DNA of 64,000 nucleotides from an uncultured Lachnospiraceae bacterium. Its GTDB lineage: Bacteria; Bacillota; Clostridia; Lachnospirales; Lachnospiraceae. The notes under the pieces are model-generated. The model worked only from the letters and a program-made list of their open reading frames with translations. It searched no databases and had not been told where the DNA came from. The stretch lies in contig CANQPJ010000005.1 of NCBI GenBank assembly GCA_947625755.1, positions 15,832 through 79,831 on the forward strand, written 5' to 3'. The first letter of the stretch is position 1; every line of letters starts with the position of its first letter. Shown here one piece after another: positions 53,509-62,623 of this stretch. The position numbers and the translations under genes are program-made.

Positions 53509-53988
53509 TTATATTTTTATAAACTTCCACATTCTGGTTGTTGCTAATTTTTCTCCCATATTGTTTAATTCTTCTCCTGTTACCCATTGATAATCGACTG
53601 TTTCGCCCGATTGTAATGTAACGGAATTTTTACTGCAATCAGTCCTGCATAGATAGTCCACATAAAGGGAATGATTATGCTCATTTACCACTCTCCCAAC
53701 CTCAACAAGTTCTAACGCAGTAATTCCTGTCTCTTCTTTGAGTTCTCTCAAGGCACATTCCATTGGGCTTTCGCCTGACAGGGCAGAACCTCCGGCGCTT
53801 GCTTCCCACATGCCTCCATAATGGTCTTTGTTAAAATCCCTCTGCATTAAAAGATAAGTTCCATCTTTATGTTTCACTAAAATCTCACACACAAGATGAA
53901 AAAAACCTTCGGGAATCTGTTCGCCTCTAATCAATATCCTGTTTTTTATTTTATTGAAGTTTTTATCGTATGCGTCCCACTGTTCCAT
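53509..53988 (-). CDS. NUDIX hydrolase
   Basis: Nudix box GGSALSGESPMECALRELKEETG; start ATG 53988 after SD AGGAGG. Confidence 0.9.
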   Translation of the reverse strand: MEQWDAYDKNFNKIKNRILIRGEQIPEGFFHLVCEILVKHKDGTYLLMQRDFNKDHYGGMWEASAGGSALSGESPMECALRELKEETGITALELVEVGRVVNEHNHSLYVDYLCRTDCSKNSVTLQSGETVDYQWVTGEELNNMGEKLATTRMWKFIKI

Positions 53989-54063
53989 TTTCAGCCTCCT
54001 AAAAAAATTTAGAGAGGCAAGCGCATACCCCAAAAAGATATTTGCCTGCCTCCTTCATTCACT

Positions 54064-54669
54064 TTACCAACCTCTTGCAGCGTTGAACGCTAATTGATTC
54101 TGTACTGCCGCATTGATATATTCCCAAGTTTCTTCAGGAAAATCATCTTTATTTAATGATTTCAGAAAGTCTGTCATTTCTTCAAAAAGACTTATCGCTT
54201 TCACCGGTGTACTTTCTTTCAAATCATCATACATCTTTTCATAAAATCTCAAGAGCTGCTGATTTGTTGTTTCCCGATTTTGGACAACTGCTGTCAACGC
54301 CTCTGCTTTTGCACTTACCGCTGCATTGTTTGCTCCGTTTTCAACAGAGATTTCTCCCAGCTTATCCACCGTCTTCGTTAAGTAATCGGTCTGCTGCGCA
54401 ATCTTCTCTATCTGTTCAAGCACATAATCCATTGTAAACTTGCCTGTATCTGTATGCTTTTCATTATTCTGCATATCGTTATCCTCCAATTCATTTGGCG
54501 GACACGCAAGGCATATCATATTCTCTGAAATGAAGCGTGCCCTGCCTTTTTTTACCAGCCCTTTCGCCCGTTTCGGGTAAGTAGCTTCATATTCATTTCC
54601 TTTTTCATCTACAACCAATATGTTTTTTTCGATGGGTATCCTCCCCTTTGCTGTAAATTTTATAAGCAT
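54064..54669 (-). CDS. Hypothetical protein with an N-terminal PLMP/RRXRR-like segment; start uncertain
   Basis: ILVVDEKGNEYEATYPKRAKGLVKKGRARF..ICL then a helical C-terminus; best SD (GGGGAGG) lies downstream of the ATG, 6 nt before an in-frame ATC. Confidence 0.7.
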   Translation of the reverse strand: MLIKFTAKGRIPIEKNILVVDEKGNEYEATYPKRAKGLVKKGRARFISENMICLACPPNELEDNDMQNNEKHTDTGKFTMDYVLEQIEKIAQQTDYLTKTVDKLGEISVENGANNAAVSAKAEALTAVVQNRETTNQQLLRFYEKMYDDLKESTPVKAISLFEEMTDFLKSLNKDDFPEETWEYINAAVQNQLAFNAARGW

Positions 54670-54778
54670 TCTGTTTTTTCTTATGGGTGTCTTCCCCTGC
54701 CTATAAAACCATTATAATACTTTATAAACAATATCGCCACCAGTATTTTCACTGATTTCTTAAAATCATTATCGCAAA

Positions 54779-54819
54779 AAAATCTCTGAAATCCTTGTTT
54801 TAAAGATTTCAGAGATTTT
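54779..54819 (-). terminator. tRNA-Trp terminator
   Basis: aaaatctctgaaatc-N11-gatttcagagatttt with a U tract on the minus strand. Confidence 0.75.
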
Positions 54820-54826
54820 CTTCTGA

Positions 54827-54897
54827 CAGGGGCACTAGGAATCGAACCCAGCTCTGGAGTTTTGGAGACTCTTATTCTACCGATGAACTATGCCCCT
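54827..54897 (-). tRNA. trnW: tRNA-Trp (anticodon CCA); 3' CCA not encoded
   Basis: AGGGGCA acceptor stem, GUUC/GAAU D stem, loop CUCCAAA, T loop UUCGAUU; 71 nt. Confidence 0.95.
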
Positions 54898-54919
54898 ATT
54901 GCAATTTAACACAGAGATA

Positions 54920-54948
54920 TTTATACCATAAACACTAAACCTTGTCAA
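54920..54948 (-). promoter_or_regulatory. SigmaA promoter of tRNA-Trp
   Basis: TTGACA-17 nt-TATAAA with TGn extension. Confidence 0.7.
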
Positions 54949-54997
54949 CTACAAAGAACAGGCTGTCCATCATAAGTAATCTCAATCCAAAACAAAG

Positions 54998-56353
54998 CTA
55001 TATCTGCTCTCCTGCCTGTTTTATATTGCTCACCCCCACCAGCTCTATACCTTCTGTCCTTTTTAAAGATTTTACGGAAACTTCGGGAAGAATACACCTT
55101 TGAAATCCCAATTTTTTTGCCTCAATTACTCTTTGCTCCGCCTGTGATACAGCGCGAACCTCGCCTGCCAGACCAACCTCGCCAAATACAATCGTATCCG
55201 ATGTAATTGGTCTGTTTTTATAACTGCTGATAAGAGCCATAATCAATGCCAAATCCATGGCAGGTTCATTTATTTTCATGCCACCCGCCACATTTACATA
55301 AGCATCATAATCACCCATCTGTATTCCAAGACGTTTTTCTATCACAGCCATCAGTAAATTGACTCTGTTATAGTCGGTTCCCACAGCTGTACGTCGTGGC
55401 ATACCGAATGCCGTATGATTAATTAATGCCTGAATTTCTACAAGAATCGGTCTGGTTCCTTCCATCAGACAGGCGACAACAGAACCTGATGCATCCAATG
55501 GTCTTCCTGTCAGCATAAATTCTGATGGGTTGAGTACCTGCTGCAGTCCATCCTCTCTCATTTCAAAAACACCGATTTCATTTGTCGAACCAAATCTGTT
55601 TTTTACCCCACGCAATATACGATAGGATGCGTGTCTGTCTCCTTCAAAATATAAAACCGTGTCTACCATATGTTCCAAAACTCTGGGACCGGCAACAACT
55701 CCTTCTTTTGTTACATGCCCTACAATAAAAATGGGAATCGTATTTCCCTTTGCCACCTGCATTAACGTGTTCGTTGACTCTCTGACCTGACTTACACTAC
55801 CCGGTGCAGAGCTAATATCTTCTCTAAATATGGTTTGAATAGAATCAATCACTACCACATCCGGTTTTGACTCTGTCACAACCGCTTCGATAGCATCCAG
55901 ACTGGTTTCAGCAAGCAGGCTTAAATTATCACTAAACTCTCCTATTCTGTTCGCACGAAGCTTAATCTGCTTCAATGACTCCTCTCCTGATATGTATAAA
56001 ACTCTCTTGTCGCTATTGGACATATTCCGGCACACCTGAAGAAGTAATGTTGATTTTCCAATTCCCGGATCTCCTCCTACCAGAATCAATCCACCGGGAA
56101 CGACGCCTCCGCCCAGCACCCTGTCCAATTCACTAAAACCGGTGCTGACTCTTTCTTCGTCACGGGCTGTTACCTTATTGATTGTCACAGGTTCACTGTT
56201 TTTCAGACTTCGCCGCATCATTTTTTTTGAGGAACCTACAGGCTCCTCCACAAAGGTTCCTACCTCTTTACAGCCCGGGCATTGTCCCAGCCATTTTGTA
56301 GACTCATATCCACACTCTTTACAAAAAAATACTGTTTTATCAGATTTTGCCAT
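54998..56353 (-). CDS. radA: DNA repair protein RadA/Sms
   Basis: CKECG..WLGQCPGC, GGDPGIGKSTL, KNRFG motif; start ATG 56353. Confidence 0.96.
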   Translation of the reverse strand: MAKSDKTVFFCKECGYESTKWLGQCPGCKEVGTFVEEPVGSSKKMMRRSLKNSEPVTINKVTARDEERVSTGFSELDRVLGGGVVPGGLILVGGDPGIGKSTLLLQVCRNMSNSDKRVLYISGEESLKQIKLRANRIGEFSDNLSLLAETSLDAIEAVVTESKPDVVVIDSIQTIFREDISSAPGSVSQVRESTNTLMQVAKGNTIPIFIVGHVTKEGVVAGPRVLEHMVDTVLYFEGDRHASYRILRGVKNRFGSTNEIGVFEMREDGLQQVLNPSEFMLTGRPLDASGSVVACLMEGTRPILVEIQALINHTAFGMPRRTAVGTDYNRVNLLMAVIEKRLGIQMGDYDAYVNVAGGMKINEPAMDLALIMALISSYKNRPITSDTIVFGEVGLAGEVRAVSQAEQRVIEAKKLGFQRCILPEVSVKSLKRTEGIELVGVSNIKQAGEQI

Positions 56354-56434
56354 ATATCCACACTTTCTATTATATTGCTTTTCTTTGTATCCGTCTGATA
56401 CGCCTGCGTGCCACCCGTTTGTCGTCAATCAAAC

Positions 56435-56484
56435 AAAGGTCCTGTTGACACAACGCCTTTTGAGCATTGATAATCAGGACCTTT
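56435..56484 (-). terminator. Hairpin between the 137 aa gene and radA
   Basis: aaaggtcctg..caggaccttt inverted repeat. Confidence 0.45.
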
Positions 56485-56489
56485 ATTAT

Positions 56490-56903
56490 TTATGCTGCAA
56501 CAACTTTAATCATAGTTAAAGTTCCTGCCTGCAGTTCTACATCAAACGTCAGCTTTCCACCAATGTCTGTCTTCGATACTCCAAGCTCTTTTGTTCCGAC
56601 AATCACATTATATTCCTTATTTGACTCTAATTCTAATGTAATCTGTGTCTGACCGTCACCATCCACAAAAAAACTTACCTCTTCTCCTGTCTCTCTGAAT
56701 ACATTGACTGCTGTTCCCGGAATTGATTCATAAACGAAAGTTCCATTTCTCTCTAACTTCGTAATCTCACTCCATGTTTTTACTTTATACATATCGCCTG
56801 AAACTTCAAAGTCAGAAAGTTTCTTTTTCTCACTTAACTTATAATTTCCAAAACTGATTGTACCATTACTTTCTTTTTTGATTAATTCCTTAATAATTGC
56901 CAT
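56490..56903 (-). CDS. Conserved hypothetical protein (beta-rich, 137 aa)
   Basis: ORF with SD GGAGG between clpC and radA; no catalytic motif recognised. Confidence 0.75.
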   Translation of the reverse strand: MAIIKELIKKESNGTISFGNYKLSEKKKLSDFEVSGDMYKVKTWSEITKLERNGTFVYESIPGTAVNVFRETGEEVSFFVDGDGQTQITLELESNKEYNVIVGTKELGVSKTDIGGKLTFDVELQAGTLTMIKVVAA

Positions 56904-57016
56904 TTCATCCTCCTGTTTTTATTCGCATATACGACTTTATCTTGTAAATTATTTTATCATATTGCGCCAAAATTTACACTACTTTTCCGGCAGAATCCAA
57001 ACTTTTCATCCTTCTT

Positions 57017-59509
57017 TTACTGAGGGACTTTGACGGTATTTTCACTTTGTTTCACTGCAAAAGTAACTGTATTATTTTTTACTCCCACACGGACCTGCTG
57101 CCCTTGAGAGATATTTCCAGCTAATATTTCTTCTGCCAGAGAATCTTCTACTTTATTTTGTATCATCCTTCTAAGAGGTCTCGCGCCAAATTTTTTATCG
57201 TAACTTTCCTTTGCCAGATATGCTTTCAGTCCGGCTGTAAATGTCAGGTGAATATCCATCTGCTCTGCCACCTGCTTCGTCAGCCCTTTCAACATCAGCC
57301 CTACAATACTTTTCACTTCTTTTTCCGTTAATGCATGGAATACAATAATATCATCAATTCGATTAATGAATTCCGGCTTAAACATATGTTTTACCTCTTC
57401 CATAACACTGGATTTCATTTTTTCGTAATCCTGCTTTACCGTATCCCCATGCGTAAATCCAAGATGCTTTGGATCAATAATTCTATTTGCTCCGGCATTA
57501 CTGGTCATAATAATAATTGTATTTTTAAAACTGATTTTTCTTCCTTTAGAATCCGTAATATGTCCATCATCTAACACCTGAAGCAAAATATTAAACACAT
57601 CCGGATGAGCCTTTTCCACCTCGTCAAACAATACCACAGAATAAGGATTTTGACGGACTTTGTCACTAAGCTGTCCTCCATCTTCAAACCCAACATATCC
57701 CGGTGGAGAACCAATCAGTTTTGACACGCTATGTTTCTCCATATATTCAGACATATCTACTCTGATGATAGATTCTTCCGAACCAAACACAGCCTCCGCC
57801 AGTGTCTTTGAAAGTTCTGTTTTACCTACCCCCGTAGGTCCCAGGAATAAGAAAGAACCAATCGGTCTGTTAGGATTTTTTAATCCCACCCGACCTCTTC
57901 TGATTGCTTTGGCAACGGCGCTGACAGCCTCTTCCTGACCAATCATTCTCCTGTGGAGTATCTTTTCCAAATCAATCAGTCGTTTCTGCTCGTTCTTCTC
58001 CAATTTTGTAACCGGAATACCGGTCCACATTGCAACAATTTCTTCGATAGAACTTCCTGTGATTTCCGGTCGGTATGCTTCTTCCGTTCCTTCCCATCTG
58101 GCAACAGCCCTGCTTAATTTATTCTGTGTCTTATCCATCTGTTTTTTTATTTCGCCGGCTGTCTTAAAATCAGAATGTCTGATACACATTTCAAGTTCAA
58201 GATTTAATTCTGCAACATCTAATTCCAATTCTTTTATCGCTTTAGGTTTTGGAACTTCCCTGATTCTGATTTTTGAGCATGCCTCATCAACTAAATCAAT
58301 CGCCTTATCAGGTAAATTTCTGTCATTAATATATCTTGAGGATAATTTGACTGCCGAATTAATTGCCTCATCTGAAATCTTCACGTTATGAAACTCTTCG
58401 TATGCATTTTTTAATCCTTTTAATATTTCTACTGTCTGCGCCTCCGTCGGTTCTTCAATGTTCACCGGCTGAAATCTTCTCTCAAGAGCCGCATCCTTTT
58501 CAAAATATTTTCTATATTCTGAAATTGTCGTTGCCCCAATAATCTGTAATTTTCCTTTTGTCAATGATGGCTTTAAAATGTTTGAAGCATCCATAGAGCC
58601 TTCTGCACCACCGGCGCCTATAATTGTATGGATTTCGTCAATAAATAAAATAATATTTCCGGACAACTCTACTTCATCAATAATTTTCTTTAAGCGTTCC
58701 TCAAACTCTCCCCTGTACTTTGAACCGGCCACGGTGCCTGATAAATCAAGGCTGAATAATCTCTTACCCATCATTGTTTTTGGCACGGTACCTTCGCATA
58801 TACGCCATGCAATTGCTTCAACCACAGCAGTTTTTCCAACACCCGGTTCGCCAATCAGACACGGATTATTTTTTGTTCTTCTGCTGAGTATTTGGATAAT
58901 CCTCTGAATTTCATTTTCGCGTCCTATCACCGGGTCCAGCTGATTATTTTTTGCTTCCAAAGTCAAATCTCTGCCGTATTTTTCCAGAGTAGGAGTGGCT
59001 GTGCTCTCGCCATCCCTTCCTTTTCGGTCCGACTTAATATATTTTTTCACTTCACTGGCATCTCTGTTTGTAAGTCTCAATATATCTGCACATATTTTCC
59101 TCATATTTAAACCAAAGCTGGCTAAAATACAATGTGCTTCACATTCAGAATCTGCCAATATGGCTAACAGTAAATGTTCTGTTCCCACCTGAAGCAATCC
59201 CTGCTCTCTGGCTTCCTGCACAGCTCTTTCTATAAGTAACTGCGCTCTGTCTGAAGGGAATATATTTTTCGCTCTGGATTTTGAACGAACTCTCGCCTTG
59301 ATTCCCATATCTTCTTCTATTGCAGAAATTATGTCATTATATACCAAATTATAATTATATAAAATATTTGCAGCCACACCGTCTGTAACCTTGGAAATAC
59401 CTGCTAATATATGTTCTGTTCCAATGTAATTCATTCCCAAATCAATGGCGGCATCTTTTGCGTAACCAATAGCCTCCACCGTCTGTCTGGTAAATTTATT
59501 ACTTTCCAT
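57017..59509 (-). CDS. clpC: ATP-dependent Clp protease ATP-binding subunit ClpC
   Basis: Double Clp-N repeat (GTEH x2), GEPGVGKT, DAALERRFQ, GPTGVGKTEL, IGSPPGYVG, GARPLRR. Confidence 0.95.
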   Translation of the reverse strand: MESNKFTRQTVEAIGYAKDAAIDLGMNYIGTEHILAGISKVTDGVAANILYNYNLVYNDIISAIEEDMGIKARVRSKSRAKNIFPSDRAQLLIERAVQEAREQGLLQVGTEHLLLAILADSECEAHCILASFGLNMRKICADILRLTNRDASEVKKYIKSDRKGRDGESTATPTLEKYGRDLTLEAKNNQLDPVIGRENEIQRIIQILSRRTKNNPCLIGEPGVGKTAVVEAIAWRICEGTVPKTMMGKRLFSLDLSGTVAGSKYRGEFEERLKKIIDEVELSGNIILFIDEIHTIIGAGGAEGSMDASNILKPSLTKGKLQIIGATTISEYRKYFEKDAALERRFQPVNIEEPTEAQTVEILKGLKNAYEEFHNVKISDEAINSAVKLSSRYINDRNLPDKAIDLVDEACSKIRIREVPKPKAIKELELDVAELNLELEMCIRHSDFKTAGEIKKQMDKTQNKLSRAVARWEGTEEAYRPEITGSSIEEIVAMWTGIPVTKLEKNEQKRLIDLEKILHRRMIGQEEAVSAVAKAIRRGRVGLKNPNRPIGSFLFLGPTGVGKTELSKTLAEAVFGSEESIIRVDMSEYMEKHSVSKLIGSPPGYVGFEDGGQLSDKVRQNPYSVVLFDEVEKAHPDVFNILLQVLDDGHITDSKGRKISFKNTIIIMTSNAGANRIIDPKHLGFTHGDTVKQDYEKMKSSVMEEVKHMFKPEFINRIDDIIVFHALTEKEVKSIVGLMLKGLTKQVAEQMDIHLTFTAGLKAYLAKESYDKKFGARPLRRMIQNKVEDSLAEEILAGNISQGQQVRVGVKNNTVTFAVKQSENTVKVPQ

Positions 59510-59586
59510 GTCTTCTCCTCCATGATGTTTTTAGAATTCATATTATATTTATTAAATATGTCTATTGTTTTAAAATTTTTTAAATA

Positions 59587-59617
59587 AAGGGTAATTCTTT
59601 GTTTAAGAATTACCCTT
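59587..59617 (-). terminator. Terminator after the cadherin-like gene
   Basis: aagggtaattctt-N5-aagaattaccctt. Confidence 0.7.
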
Positions 59618-59629
59618 CATAATCTTGTG

Positions 59630-61243
59630 TTAATTTAAATCAATAAATTCAAAATCGTCATCATCGTCATCATCCTGTTCGTCCGGCAGCAGCGACTTTA
59701 TTGTTTCCTCTAAATCTTCTTCATCTGAAACTGTAGATTCAGCCAGCTCAAAGTCGTCATCATCATTATCCTCCAACGAATCATCACTGTCAGTATCTTC
59801 AGCAATATCTTCATCATTTTCTTCCGCTATTTCTTCTTCAGACGGAATTTCTTTCAAATCCTCAACAACAGATTCATCACTTTCCGGAAGTTTTTCAACG
59901 ATTTCTTCCTCTTCTACCTGTTCCAGTTCCTGAATGTCGGCTGCTCTGTCAGCTTCCGATTCTTTCTGGAATTTCTCTTCGTCATCTATCGCAATGCCGG
60001 AATCAATATCATCCTCGTCCTGCTCGTATTTCTGTCTCTTTTTTTCTGCTTTTTCAGCCTTTTTTGCTTCCTTCTTTGCAGCTTTTATTTCTTTCTTGGA
60101 CATAACCGGATTTTCATCTGTATCTTCACTGTCCTCTGTATATTTATCATTCTGTTTTATTTTCTTTTCTTTTTTGTTTAATGCAAGATTGATTACAACA
60201 AATATTAATATAATAATCAGTATTACCAATCCGCATAGAATTTTAATTAAAACATTGTACTTATCAACGAGTTTATTATAATCTTTCTGTAATGTATTGT
60301 AAGCTTTTGCCGCTGCTTCTGATTGTCTGTTTGCATCTGATGATGTCAAATATCTCTGGAAGCATTTCTCATTGTCGTCATAGCAGTACAGATTCGTTTC
60401 TCCATTCCAGTTCATGGCATAAACCAAATACATTCCCTCTTCAGCATCAAGAACCCATGCCTTTACTTTCTGATCGATGATTGTTACGTTTTCCTGTTTA
60501 TATGCCTCCACAATTCCATCTGTCTTTTCCGGCTGCACAATGGTATACATTCTGCTCTTTATCTTTATATTGTTCATCAGATAGAACTTATCTTTGTCTG
60601 CATCATAAATATAAAATCCTTCCTGATTGTTACCATATAAATAAAATGCTGTTATATCTTTTATTTCGCCTTTGATGCAGGAATATTTCTTTCCTTTATA
60701 CTTTTGCGTTGATTTTTTAAATCCTTCCGGAATCTTATCTTTGCTGAAGGAAGAAGTGATTTTCATTGTTTTATTGCCCACTTTGACAGGCTTATCACTG
60801 GATTTCTTTTTATCAGCACCTGCTCCATCCTGTACATCCGGCTCTTTGTAAGTAGCCTCTTCTTCTGTCGTCAGTTTCTTTGTGTTTAATGTATATCTCT
60901 GTACAACTCCTGCTGATGATGTTACGGCAACAACCGTCTTGTTAAGTCCGGTATCCATTTTTGTGTTGATACCATCTTTTTCGACAATCCATTTAGACGT
61001 ACTGTCCTGTACCTCTGCTTCTATTTCAATCGATGTAACATTGGATTTTACGGTTAAATCATATTCATATGTCGTGGAACTAAAATTCATTGGTACTTCC
61101 GTCTTATTCCCGGCTGTATCCACTGCATATACTTTCATTTCAGATAAATCTGTAGCTTCATCTGCGCTAACAGTAAAAATCATCATTGCCATCATTGTTG
61201 ATATTGCAACTACCATCATTAACAGATTTCTTAATTTTCTCAT
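59630..61243 (-). CDS. Membrane protein with signal peptide, cadherin-like beta-sandwich domain, one TM and a long acidic cytoplasmic tail
   Basis: TYEYDLTVKSNVTSIEIEAE..TGLNKTVVAVTS beta-sandwich; TM LIKILCGLVILIIILIFVVI; D/E-rich C-terminus; start 61243 after SD AAAGGA. Confidence 0.7.
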   Translation of the reverse strand: MRKLRNLLMMVVAISTMMAMMIFTVSADEATDLSEMKVYAVDTAGNKTEVPMNFSSTTYEYDLTVKSNVTSIEIEAEVQDSTSKWIVEKDGINTKMDTGLNKTVVAVTSSAGVVQRYTLNTKKLTTEEEATYKEPDVQDGAGADKKKSSDKPVKVGNKTMKITSSFSKDKIPEGFKKSTQKYKGKKYSCIKGEIKDITAFYLYGNNQEGFYIYDADKDKFYLMNNIKIKSRMYTIVQPEKTDGIVEAYKQENVTIIDQKVKAWVLDAEEGMYLVYAMNWNGETNLYCYDDNEKCFQRYLTSSDANRQSEAAAKAYNTLQKDYNKLVDKYNVLIKILCGLVILIIILIFVVINLALNKKEKKIKQNDKYTEDSEDTDENPVMSKKEIKAAKKEAKKAEKAEKKRQKYEQDEDDIDSGIAIDDEEKFQKESEADRAADIQELEQVEEEEIVEKLPESDESVVEDLKEIPSEEEIAEENDEDIAEDTDSDDSLEDNDDDDFELAESTVSDEEDLEETIKSLLPDEQDDDDDDDFEFIDLN

Positions 61244-61327
61244 CTCTTTTCCTTTCTGCATACCGTACTCTAAAATATTTTACAACTTATTTTCATTTGT
61301 ACATTCATTCTGTTTTATTGCTCTGTT

Positions 61328-62602
61328 CTATTGTACATCATCAATTGCTTTTCCAATATCGTTTCTCATATATTTATTTTGAAAATCAATTAACTTCGTT
61401 GCCTCGTATGCGTTGGCTCTTGCCTCCTTTAAATTATTTCCTTTAGCTGTAACACCAAGAACGCGTCCGCCATTGGTTACGATTTTCCCATCCTTCCGGG
61501 CTGTCCCTGCATGGAATACATAATAACCTTCCTTACCTTCAAACTTCTCTAATCCTTTTATTTCAAATCCTTTTTCATAGGAAACCGGGTATCCGTCACT
61601 TGCCAGAACTACACATACTGCCGCATTGTCTTCAAACTCTAACTCTATTTTATCCAATTTACCATCAATACATGCCTCGAAAACATCTATAATATCATTT
61701 TTCATTCTAGGCAGTACCACCTGGGCTTCCGGATCTCCAAATCTTGCATTATATTCCAGTACCTTCGGTCCCTCTTGTGTAAGCATCAATCCAAAAAATA
61801 TGATTCCTTTAAAAGGTCTGCCTTCTGCCGCCATTGCATCTACAGTAGCCTGATAGATATATTTCTTACAAAACGCATCAACTTCCTTTGTGTAAAAAGG
61901 ACTTGGAGAAAACGTTCCCATTCCTCCTGTATTTAATCCCTTGTCTCCGTCTTTTGCTCTCTTGTGATCCTGTGCAGATGTCATAATCTTAATCGTCTTT
62001 CCATCTACATAAGATAATACAGATACTTCAGGACCTGTCATAAATTCTTCTATTACAATTCTGTTTCCTGCACTGCCAAACTTTTTGTCGAGCATTAATT
62101 CCCTAACGCCCTCCATTGCCTCTTCTTTCGTATTACAAATCAAAACTCCCTTTCCAAGTGCAAGACCATCTGCTTTTAGGACAATAGGATATTTTGAGTT
62201 TTCTAAATATGCCTTTGCGGCTTCAGGGGAATCAAAGTTTTCATATTCAGCTGTCGGAATATTATACTTTTTCATCAAGTCCTTTGAAAATGCCTTTGAG
62301 CCCTCCAAAATTGCTGCATTCTTTCTCGGTCCGAAAACTCTTAATCCTGCTTTTTCAAATTTATCCACAATACCACCGACCAACGGATCGTCCATGCCTA
62401 CAATGGTCAGGTCAATTTCCTTTTCCTTGGCAAAATCGACTAATTTGGCAAATTCCATTGCTCCAATATTGACACACTCTGCAATCTGTCCGATTCCCGC
62501 ATTGCCCGGCGCACAATATATTTTATCCACTCTCGGGCTCTTTGCCACTGCCGCTGCAATCGCATGTTCTCTTCCACCACTTCCTACAATTAATACTTTC
62601 AT
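61328..62602 (-). CDS. purD: Phosphoribosylamine--glycine ligase
   Basis: VGSGGREHA, EGSKAFSK, KADGLALGKGV, QDHKRAKDGD.G.NTGGMG, EYNARFGDPE. Confidence 0.98.
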   Translation of the reverse strand: MKVLIVGSGGREHAIAAAVAKSPRVDKIYCAPGNAGIGQIAECVNIGAMEFAKLVDFAKEKEIDLTIVGMDDPLVGGIVDKFEKAGLRVFGPRKNAAILEGSKAFSKDLMKKYNIPTAEYENFDSPEAAKAYLENSKYPIVLKADGLALGKGVLICNTKEEAMEGVRELMLDKKFGSAGNRIVIEEFMTGPEVSVLSYVDGKTIKIMTSAQDHKRAKDGDKGLNTGGMGTFSPSPFYTKEVDAFCKKYIYQATVDAMAAEGRPFKGIIFFGLMLTQEGPKVLEYNARFGDPEAQVVLPRMKNDIIDVFEACIDGKLDKIELEFEDNAAVCVVLASDGYPVSYEKGFEIKGLEKFEGKEGYYVFHAGTARKDGKIVTNGGRVLGVTAKGNNLKEARANAYEATKLIDFQNKYMRNDIGKAIDDVQ

Positions 62603-62623
62603 AACTATACCTCTTTTTCTCTT

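Noticed and set aside
54064-54669. IS200/IS605 IscB element
   Set aside because: The protein is about 200 aa with no RuvC or HNH motifs, no tnpA nearby, and only ~110 nt upstream for an omega-RNA.
53283-54897. Integrated island or prophage at the 3' end of tRNA-Trp
   Set aside because: No integrase and no duplicated tRNA 3' end (att site) visible; only variable-looking genes.
56490-56903. Enzyme assignment (homologues are sometimes labelled endosialidase)
   Set aside because: At 137 aa it is far too short and shows no sialidase motifs; left as hypothetical.
59630-60100. Repetitive gat/gaa-rich DNA
   Set aside because: Explained by the low-complexity acidic protein tail; the same applies to the RpoC C-terminus.
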